A DNA stretch of 52,157 bases, taken from positions 1 through 52,157 of the IMG/VR virus record IMGVR_UViG_3300026549_000047; one strand, given 5' to 3'. Shown here in pieces: positions 37,036 through 44,115 of the stretch. The translations under genes and the position numbers were made by a program. The stretch is from a virus. Taxonomy: Duplodnaviria; Heunggongvirae; Uroviricota; Caudoviricetes. The notes under the pieces are model-generated. The model worked only from the letters and a program-made list of their open reading frames with translations, searched no databases and was not told where the DNA came from. Each line of letters begins with the position of its first letter. Within the stretch, counting starts at the first letter, position 1.

Positions 37036-37431
37036 TTACTTTGGCATCGCAACAGGCTGAACAGCCTTCGACTTAGTCTTATAAAGGGCTGTATTATCAG
37101 GTTTCTGATTAGCCACTTCCTGTTGACGTGTTCTAATTCTATCTTTATTTTCAGACTGCTCCTTCTCGTTTTCCATCTTCTGCAATTGAGTCATGTTCCT
37201 AGCCTTAGCCATTTGTTCTTTGGCTAGGAGCTGTTGACGCTGGTGTTGAATCTGGATCTGCTGTCTTTGCAGCTTCATCTGTTCGAGTTGAAGGTCTTTA
37301 GCAGTTACTTCCTGAGAATTATCATCCCCTTGCTTTGGTAATTGCGGTTGCTTCCCAGGATCAATTGTTTCCCCGGGCTTGGGGATTCTATTAGCCTGTT
37401 GTGCGAAGGCTTTATTTCTCAGTACTATCAT
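37036..37431 (-). CDS. Leader-bearing Gln-rich coiled-coil protein (start MIVLRNKAFA at 37431)
   Basis: An internal ATG gives the leader; 20-bp overlap with the upstream gene. Confidence 0.75.
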   Translation of the reverse strand: MIVLRNKAFAQQANRIPKPGETIDPGKQPQLPKQGDDNSQEVTAKDLQLEQMKLQRQQIQIQHQRQQLLAKEQMAKARNMTQLQKMENEKEQSENKDRIRTRQQEVANQKPDNTALYKTKSKAVQPVAMPK

Positions 37432-37774
37432 TCTTCTTGCTCTTATGATATTTATAACCAGCAGCTGCCAAAACAGGAACACTAGCAAGAGCTACCGCTT
37501 TACCAGTCCTATCCAGGTTTCGGATGGCCTTACTAACCACCAACTTCTTTCCTTCCGTAGCTTCTCCTACCAAGTCACGGGAGTGTCCTTGAATAGATTC
37601 ACGGAGAGCTCTTAACTGCTCTGGGGTTGCTTTTTTGGCTTTTCCCTTTCCCTTGAAGAGGTCAGCCTGATTCTTAGCACCCAAAGACATGGCGCCACCG
37701 AGGCCAGCCATCGTGGTTCCGGCAGCGACACCTGTCTTTGCGATTATTTTGTCTTTGTTGTCTTCTTTCTTCAT
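37412..37774 (-). CDS. Basic glycine-zipper protein without leader
   Basis: 120 aa; same composition as the cargo family; ATG overlaps the portal stop. Confidence 0.7.
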   Translation of the reverse strand: MKKEDNKDKIIAKTGVAAGTTMAGLGGAMSLGAKNQADLFKGKGKAKKATPEQLRALRESIQGHSRDLVGEATEGKKLVVSKAIRNLDRTGKAVALASVPVLAAAGYKYHKSKKNDSTEK

Positions 37775-39477
37775 AGTTCCTCTTCAGTAGGATCAGGTTG
37801 TTCAGTTAAGATCGAAGCATCCATTCCCTGCTGTTCTGCTTGGGCAGTAAGTTTAGCTTGCATCCACTTGGTATACATTTCCTTTGTCTTATCCGTTATG
37901 AGAGCCTCCGTATCAGGATCGATGTCTTTAATGAGGTTCTGGATATAGTTGAGGTATGCATCTGTATCTATAAGTGGAGCAGCCATGTCGAGTGCCTGGA
38001 GTGAGTTGGTTAGGATACCAGTGATACCAGTCACAAGACCTGAGATGGATTCACTCTGATTAATCTGATTGTTATATTCAACACTTGTCTTCTCTGATAT
38101 ATGAAGGCGAATAAGCGATGGGTCAATCTCTTCTCCATACAAAATATTATAAAGAGTACAGACAAGGGCCGTTACACTATCCTTGATACCAGTCATGAAA
38201 CCAGCAACCCTTGAGTTAGCACGTTCACTGCTCTGAAGGATGGCCCACTTAGAACCACTCGTTGAGTCAAGGATTGTACTAGGGATACCAAGCGGAGAGA
38301 GGACGTTATTTCTACATACATCCAAGTTCTGCATGATATCCATAAGTTTATCAGAGAGTTTATCAAGGGGCAACATATTATTCTTATTGCCCAATGTTGA
38401 ATTATAGTCAGGAACAAACTTAGCACTCTGAGTCATCGTATTCTCAAGGAATGATACTACATCAAACTGAGAAGTCAAGAACGAGGCAAGTTCGTTTGTA
38501 TTGTTTGCAAGTTTTGTTGTTCGGGCACAGAGCTCATTGGCAGTCTCCATTGGAGTGCTCTTATCGAATTGAAGGAGGAAAATCTGAACGCTACTTAAGT
38601 CTCGCAAAGAAATAAGCGAAACAAGTAACTCTTTGATTATTAACTCCTTAACTTTCAAAATCAATGAGTAGAACAGTGGTTCACCTGCTGAGTAGCTGCA
38701 TTGACGGAGAACCATCTTCTTAGCTACTTCCACATCTGTTAATCGAGTAGCTGATTTAGGTTTCTCCTGTTGGTCCTTCTTCTTAAGTCCGTAATCATCC
38801 TCCAAGTCATTGATTAAGCGAAGATTGATGGAGCCTAAAGTGAAAGCATCATTTCTACCAATCTCGTAGAGTTTACCATCTTCACCACGAACAATGTAGG
38901 TCTCCTCTATTTCACCATCTGCATTTCTTTTTTTCTTGGTGATTACTGAGACAGGATCGAATAATTCCTCTACACGAAACTTAAGATGACCAAGCTCATC
39001 ACGCTGACGACATAACATACTAGTATATTGACCATAGAAGACTGTATCCTTGATATGGTCTCGAATATAATCAAAGATCTTAATATCTTTTGTCAGGATG
39101 TCATTAATACGTTCTGTCTTACCTTCATCAGTATTGCCTTCGTCATCTAAGATCGTTACTACTTGCTGACCTGAGTCCTCTAAAAAGTTTACTACATAGT
39201 CAGCAAAAAAGTTTGTAGCAAGCTTAACAACATCTAAGAGTTGATAGCCTTTCAGTTCATCCACTCTTTCATAGTACCCGCTGATTAAGGATGAAGGAGA
39301 ACTTGAACCCAAAAGAGGCGATTCACGATTAGTTCCTGTTGCTCCGAACTTTGTAGACCCAATAGGCGAGTATCCTCTACCACCTGAGCCAAATATATTT
39401 GATTTAAGTGGAACTCGGCTATTCCAACCACCTATTCCACCAAACATTTTCTGGAAAAATCCTTCTTGCTTTTTCAT
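37771..39477 (-). CDS. Portal protein (T4 gp20-like)
   Basis: 568 aa with portal-like organisation (...LSPLGIPSTILD...); size and position in the head module. Confidence 0.7.
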   Translation of the reverse strand: MKKQEGFFQKMFGGIGGWNSRVPLKSNIFGSGGRGYSPIGSTKFGATGTNRESPLLGSSSPSSLISGYYERVDELKGYQLLDVVKLATNFFADYVVNFLEDSGQQVVTILDDEGNTDEGKTERINDILTKDIKIFDYIRDHIKDTVFYGQYTSMLCRQRDELGHLKFRVEELFDPVSVITKKKRNADGEIEETYIVRGEDGKLYEIGRNDAFTLGSINLRLINDLEDDYGLKKKDQQEKPKSATRLTDVEVAKKMVLRQCSYSAGEPLFYSLILKVKELIIKELLVSLISLRDLSSVQIFLLQFDKSTPMETANELCARTTKLANNTNELASFLTSQFDVVSFLENTMTQSAKFVPDYNSTLGNKNNMLPLDKLSDKLMDIMQNLDVCRNNVLSPLGIPSTILDSTSGSKWAILQSSERANSRVAGFMTGIKDSVTALVCTLYNILYGEEIDPSLIRLHISEKTSVEYNNQINQSESISGLVTGITGILTNSLQALDMAAPLIDTDAYLNYIQNLIKDIDPDTEALITDKTKEMYTKWMQAKLTAQAEQQGMDASILTEQPDPTEEEL

Positions 39478-40184
39478 GTCTTTACTTTGCCAAATTCGTT
39501 ATTAAATAATTTCATAAAGTTATTTATTGCTTCCTTACTTTCTTCACTATCAAAATCCAAATCAGAATTTTCTTCTGCTAGCTTCTGAAGTTCAAGATCA
39601 TCTCCTTCAATTTCCATAGTATCCTTAAGATCACCTAAGGTCTGGATATAGGAAATAAGTTTTTCAATTACCAAAAACTTATCAGCCAGGGTTAATTCGC
39701 TTGAATCTAACATGTTCTCTGGTCTCGTCACATAGTCAATAACCAGAGACAATCTCTGTATTAAGTGAAGACTCAGGACAGCTTTTGCATTTCTATATAT
39801 ACGGCTGGTATACAGCTCTAATATTCGTGTCGATTTAGGATCTGTTGCAACCGTAGCTAGCGTATTTGAAAGAGAATGCAAATCCAAGTTTAATTGGATT
39901 CCATACTGCTTATTATAGGAAGTAAAGATGTCATTAAGAGCTAACTCCATCTCTGCTGCCTTTTTCTCTTTCTCATTCTTGGCAATGGCACTAGCATCAA
40001 GGATCATATTAGTTGCAGCTTTTTTGGGGATACTGGGAGCGCCGACAATTATATTCTTAAGATCTGACTTCTCCTCTATGATATCATCAAAAAGCTCATA
40101 ATCGTCGGAAGCCTCTTGTTTCCCTTCCTTCGCAAGAATCTTCTCTTTGAATTCCTTGCTATTAAATGGGTTCATTGCTTCCAT
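39474..40184 (-). CDS. Helical acidic protein upstream of portal, candidate terminase small subunit
   Basis: 236 aa; assignment by context only. Confidence 0.35.
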   Translation of the reverse strand: MEAMNPFNSKEFKEKILAKEGKQEASDDYELFDDIIEEKSDLKNIIVGAPSIPKKAATNMILDASAIAKNEKEKKAAEMELALNDIFTSYNKQYGIQLNLDLHSLSNTLATVATDPKSTRILELYTSRIYRNAKAVLSLHLIQRLSLVIDYVTRPENMLDSSELTLADKFLVIEKLISYIQTLGDLKDTMEIEGDDLELQKLAEENSDLDFDSEESKEAINNFMKLFNNEFGKVKT

Positions 40185-40193
40185 ATTTCTTTT

Positions 40194-40370
40194 TTACTTA
40201 AGTTGGGATGAGACCATCTGATTGTGGTCGGTGTTCATGAACTCTTGAGCTCTCTGAATCTGAGCTTGTTCTGAACTATCTTCTATTGCTTGGTTTGCCT
40301 GAGACCTATCCATATCGGTCCCTGCATTTCCCATAGCAGCATTAAAAGTTTTTCTACGTAAGACTATCAT
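40194..40370 (-). CDS. Leader-bearing 58-aa peptide (MIVLRRKTFN)
   Basis: Translated by hand; below the ORF-track cutoff. Confidence 0.7.
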   Translation of the reverse strand: MIVLRRKTFNAAMGNAGTDMDRSQANQAIEDSSEQAQIQRAQEFMNTDHNQMVSSQLK

Positions 40371-40485
40371 AACTCGTTTTCACTTATCTTGGAGGGAGAG
40401 TCACTCCCAGCATTTCCGGGCTCCCTCTCTAGCGTTCTTTCATAAGTTCCTAACTACGTTGGCTACTGTTCTTCACCACACTTAC

Positions 40486-40638
40486 TTAAATCCAGCGTGC
40501 ATACTTATACCACTCCGGACCAAGTAATTTCTCGTAGTTTTCAGCCGACTTGTTAAGATACCAGACAATAGGTTTGACAATAACCACCTTGCCAGTCTTC
40601 TTTGCAGCCTTTCCGAGTTTGCAAATTACTGTCTTCAT
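40486..40638 (-). CDS. 50-aa basic peptide (MKTVICKLGKAAKK...)
   Basis: Translated by hand. Confidence 0.5.
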   Translation of the reverse strand: MKTVICKLGKAAKKTGKVVIVKPIVWYLNKSAENYEKLLGPEWYKYARWI

Positions 40639-40643
40639 ACTAG

Positions 40644-40693
40644 AATTCTCCCAAGGACTTGAACCTTGGTTAGGCCTCTTGTACCTGAGAATT
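40644..40693 (-). ncRNA. Truncated tRNA-like element (acceptor stem plus T-arm only)
   Basis: AATTCTC/GAGAATT stem and CCAAGG-TTCAAGT-CCTTGG T-arm; no full D or anticodon arm and no CCA. Confidence 0.4.
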
Positions 40694-40711
40694 ACTCGGA
40701 ATTTCGTTTAG

Positions 40712-40761
40712 TTCTGAGAGTCACGTCGAGGTGTAGGACCGGATTATGTCCGCTCTCAGAA
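40712..40761 (-). repeat. Three-way-junction element copy 7
   Basis: TTCTGAGAG/CTCTCAGAA stem, CGGA-loop-TCCG, CAC-CTCGAC-GTG. Confidence 0.7.
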
Positions 40762-40767
40762 AATCTA

Positions 40768-41478
40768 TCAACATGTTTTATAAGAATCGTTTGAGGTAAT
40801 TAGAATTTTAGCTTTTTGGAAAAGCTTAATAGGTTTATCGTATAAAAGTTCATCTTTATCTGTTGGTATAATTTCAAGCTTAGAATCATCTTTAGGTTTG
40901 TAGACATAATATTCTTTACCTACTTTTTTATTCTCTAAGTTTTTAACAGCATCACTTATACTTTTGTAAAATTTAATTTCCGGTTTAAGTGTAATAGAAC
41001 TTTTATTTTCATCAGTTACCCAAACCACCTTCGATGTCTTCCTCTCGCGAGTCAGGTCAGACCATGACCACTTAGGAAAAGACTTCGTGACAAGTCTGGG
41101 CGTATATTGTTTTAAAATATTGTCCTTGATTTTTCGATTTACTCTGACCTTAGTAACTAATTTTAACCTAGTTGTAGTAAGACACCAAACCTCCTGTGTT
41201 TCCTGGAAAGGATTTTCAGTAGGGCTCGGATATGTCTTCGATAAAGGATTAATTCGTCCGACGGGTTCATAGATGTAAACTACTTTTCCAGTCAATCCTT
41301 CGCCCAAACCACTAATAGCTAGGTCTATGCTTGGATAGAAAGTTGTCCTAGGAAGTTTCGTTTTTCCTAAACCCCTCTTTGAAGCTTCATCGTTGGGGAC
41401 CATCGGAATCATGACATCTCTGTCAAGGTCAGAATGCAGAGAAGCCAAATAGAGTTTTTGATTTCTAAGTATTATCAT
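40768..41478 (-). CDS. Leader-bearing protein with a duplicated ADP-ribosyltransferase-like (Arr-like) domain (MIILRNQKLY)
   Basis: FYPSIDLAISGL...VYIYEPVG...ETQEVW, repeated as FYKSISDAVKNL...YYVYKP...ELL. Confidence 0.5.
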   Translation of the reverse strand: MIILRNQKLYLASLHSDLDRDVMIPMVPNDEASKRGLGKTKLPRTTFYPSIDLAISGLGEGLTGKVVYIYEPVGRINPLSKTYPSPTENPFQETQEVWCLTTTRLKLVTKVRVNRKIKDNILKQYTPRLVTKSFPKWSWSDLTRERKTSKVVWVTDENKSSITLKPEIKFYKSISDAVKNLENKKVGKEYYVYKPKDDSKLEIIPTDKDELLYDKPIKLFQKAKILITSNDSYKTC

Positions 41479-41493
41479 GGTTGGTTCTCTGTT

Positions 41494-41703
41494 TTAGTAA
41501 AAAAGAGGCCAATACAGCACTACTGCTGGGACCAGGAGAAGATTATCCACTCTTTCCTCACTCACCGCAACAATAATAACTGTATTGGACGCTCCCCTGA
41601 AAATTATTATAAAGTTTAAGTCATCTCTGACCAAAACAAAAGTGAAAGGCAATATTTTCAAATCGCAATTCACTTGAGGCAACTGAACTTCGGGATAATT
41701 CAA
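41494..41703 (-). CDS. Hypothetical small protein
   Basis: 69-aa ORF; start uncertain. Confidence 0.35.
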   Translation of the reverse strand: MNYPEVQLPQVNCDLKILPFTFVLVRDDLNFIIIFRGASNTVIIVAVSEERVDNLLLVPAVVLYWPLFY

Positions 41704-41950
41704 CCGGAAGACAGTTTTGTCTCACATATAAGGTTTTCGTTATTTTTGGGCCAAAAAAAGTGGGGGAAAATGGGTACTTTTGACCCTCTAGGACCCCAAA
41801 ACTGCCACAAATCCCCCACCCTCCCCAAAATACCTTCCAGAAACTGACAATTTGGCAGAAAAACAAAAAGAAAGGGGCTCGATTTATCTCAAACCAAGTC
41901 CCTTCAATATGGCTTCAAAAGACCCAAAAGATCTTCCACCTTTAAGGATT

Positions 41951-42544
41951 TCACCAAACTTTCCATGTCTTAATGAGATCCAAATCTCTATATCTAGCCT
42001 TTGGATCTAAGTTAACTCCCACCTGGTGTAGAGCCCACCCTAAGCAGGTTAGATTTCCAACGGGGTCATAGAGAGCATTCTGTGGTAGTCCTAAGACTTT
42101 TGGAATAGAGATCTCTGGAAGACCGTCTTCTACCTCCATACCACTCTCCGGAATATCACAGAAGAGAGAATCAATGTCTTCCTCTCCATCATACTTAATC
42201 ACTTGTCCATCCCAAGTTAGGTCAGAATCAATCCTGGTTATGTATGGCTGGAATGTAACAGCCTGATTGAGTGTTTCGTCCATAAACTTAACTCTGGCTA
42301 TAACTGTTTTGAAGTGCCTCACAGCCAAGCGTACTATTTCTAGGTCATTGGGTTGACGATTAAATATAATCACCTTCCCAATAAAGTAGTCTAAGTTCTT
42401 TGGATTAACAGCAATCTGAGCCTTCTTAAAACTACTCGTCACAGGCTCTTTCAAGTAAATTGCCTCTAAGACTGAGGCTAAGGATCCACTAAAAATCATA
42501 AAGTGCAAATATATGTTTTTGAGTTTCCCAAATATAAACCTCAT
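41951..42544 (-). CDS. Hypothetical protein
   Basis: 197 aa; start uncertain. Confidence 0.6.
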   Translation of the reverse strand: MRFIFGKLKNIYLHFMIFSGSLASVLEAIYLKEPVTSSFKKAQIAVNPKNLDYFIGKVIIFNRQPNDLEIVRLAVRHFKTVIARVKFMDETLNQAVTFQPYITRIDSDLTWDGQVIKYDGEEDIDSLFCDIPESGMEVEDGLPEISIPKVLGLPQNALYDPVGNLTCLGWALHQVGVNLDPKARYRDLDLIKTWKVW

Positions 42545-42749
42545 CTTCGTTCAATGACTCAACCTCCTCAAGCCATACTACGGTCTTCTTTTGGAGGTGA
42601 CCAGCCTTATTCACAACGTATTCCGTACGGAGATAAAAGTCAGGAATATCCTGAATAATCTCTAACGGTAGACGAGACCAAAGAACAGGAAAGGCGGATT
42701 CACTCCAATCCTCTCCGTCCTGGTCGACTATCAAGTATTTCTTTTTCAT
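42489..42749 (-). CDS. Hypothetical protein
   Basis: 86 aa, coupled to the stop of the topoisomerase A gene. Confidence 0.6.
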   Translation of the reverse strand: MKKKYLIVDQDGEDWSESAFPVLWSRLPLEIIQDIPDFYLRTEYVVNKAGHLQKKTVVWLEEVESLNEDEVYIWETQKHIFALYDF

Positions 42750-44113
42750 AGTCTATTAATTATATCTTCCGTATAGGCTACGGGATCAAACTTCTTAAGT
42801 TCTTTAAGCTTATCCTTCAGTGCCTTTACTCTATCTGACGTATCCTTATTCTTTCTAAGGTACGAAATAGGTTTAGACATCACCGCAGAGATTATCTCGG
42901 GCGAATAACCTAAGTCTTTCTGAATTTGTGAGTCCGTAGCTTTCGGGTTATTGATTATGTATTCCGATATATAGGGGAGGGCTTCGTTAGTAGCAATCTG
43001 GAAGTTAACTTTCTCGATCTTTTTCTCGTTTACTCGCACGAGAAGTTTGATATAATTGTTAACGGTATATCCAACCCAATCTTTAATTGGAATTCGGAAT
43101 GCTTTCACAGAATCTGTTACCCACACTTGGTATTCTGTTGCTGAATAACATATCTTTCTAGCAATAGCTTCTATGTCATCTACTGTTATGTTTCTAGCCC
43201 CCGGTACACGTCCCACAAAAAGCTTCGGTCCATTTTCATCAGTCAGGTCTTCAATATACACCTTACCCTCATCCACAAGCTTGTCATATTTGCTGATTTT
43301 CGGAGTGAAGATCTCGGTAGCACACTCAGACTTAGATTCGAATAGAATTCCCTCTGTCTTACCGTCGGGACTCTTGGTGCGTGAAATTTTATACGAATAG
43401 ATAACTCGGCCACGACCAGTCTCCCATAACTTTTGAAGTTCAGAATTTTCCTTATCAATAATCAAGTCCACCGAACTTTCTAGGAGGTATGGATTATTTT
43501 CTTTCCATGCTCGATACAAAGACTGCGGATTAAAGGAAGGAATCTGTGTCTTCACACCTACCGCTAATCCCATCGTCTGAATAGGAAGGTAGAGAGCAGC
43601 AGGGAGAGGGAGCGGTAAACCTGATGCTGGTTCACGTTCACCTTGTGGAGACTCATGAAAATCAATATACTCTGGATTAACTAAGTCACCGAGAATATCC
43701 CAGTAGAGGTCACTGAGTCGAATCTTGGTATAACGAGTAGCGGCAGGTGGACTGACCACACCATCAATGCTCGTATATCCAAAGAATCCATGACCAGTAA
43801 AAACACCCGACCTAACCATATGAGCTGCAGAGAGTTCTAGTCCCGTTGTTCCATGCGGGTGAACCCGCGAAACTGAAGGAACAAACTCATGAGTAGGGAG
43901 ATCTTTCCCTTTCGGATGAAGAAGCGACATATAGATTAATCGCATGATAGAAACTTTAAGTCCATCACTTAAGCGAGGAAGGGCACGTGAATTAGATACA
44001 TATCCACCATAGAGGACATAAGCTTCTTCTGTGATTTCACCAACGGAACGAGTAAGACCTGTGTTATTAATTTGTGGTTGCTGTTTTTCTATTACTTTTT
44101 TACGTGGGGCCAT
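42746..44113 (-). CDS. gyrA: Type IIA topoisomerase, GyrA/ParC-like breakage-reunion subunit (no C-terminal pinwheel)
   Basis: RALPRLSDGLK, HPHG and AATRYT (catalytic Tyr) motifs; 455 aa. Confidence 0.9.
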   Translation of the reverse strand: MAPRKKVIEKQQPQINNTGLTRSVGEITEEAYVLYGGYVSNSRALPRLSDGLKVSIMRLIYMSLLHPKGKDLPTHEFVPSVSRVHPHGTTGLELSAAHMVRSGVFTGHGFFGYTSIDGVVSPPAATRYTKIRLSDLYWDILGDLVNPEYIDFHESPQGEREPASGLPLPLPAALYLPIQTMGLAVGVKTQIPSFNPQSLYRAWKENNPYLLESSVDLIIDKENSELQKLWETGRGRVIYSYKISRTKSPDGKTEGILFESKSECATEIFTPKISKYDKLVDEGKVYIEDLTDENGPKLFVGRVPGARNITVDDIEAIARKICYSATEYQVWVTDSVKAFRIPIKDWVGYTVNNYIKLLVRVNEKKIEKVNFQIATNEALPYISEYIINNPKATDSQIQKDLGYSPEIISAVMSKPISYLRKNKDTSDRVKALKDKLKELKKFDPVAYTEDIINRL

Positions 44114-44115
44114 AA

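Noticed and set aside
3178-37488. ORF-track starts at 3813, 32419, 35530 and 37488
   Set aside because: Internal ATGs at 3786, 32386, 35521 and 37431 give the conserved leader and remove long overlaps.
40644-40693. Functional tRNA gene
   Set aside because: Too short, no D and anticodon arms, no CCA; kept only as a tRNA-like element.
22676-40761. CRISPR array or plain terminators as explanation of the repeated stems
   Set aside because: Copies are dispersed, not regularly spaced, differ in primary sequence, and lack a 3' U-tract.
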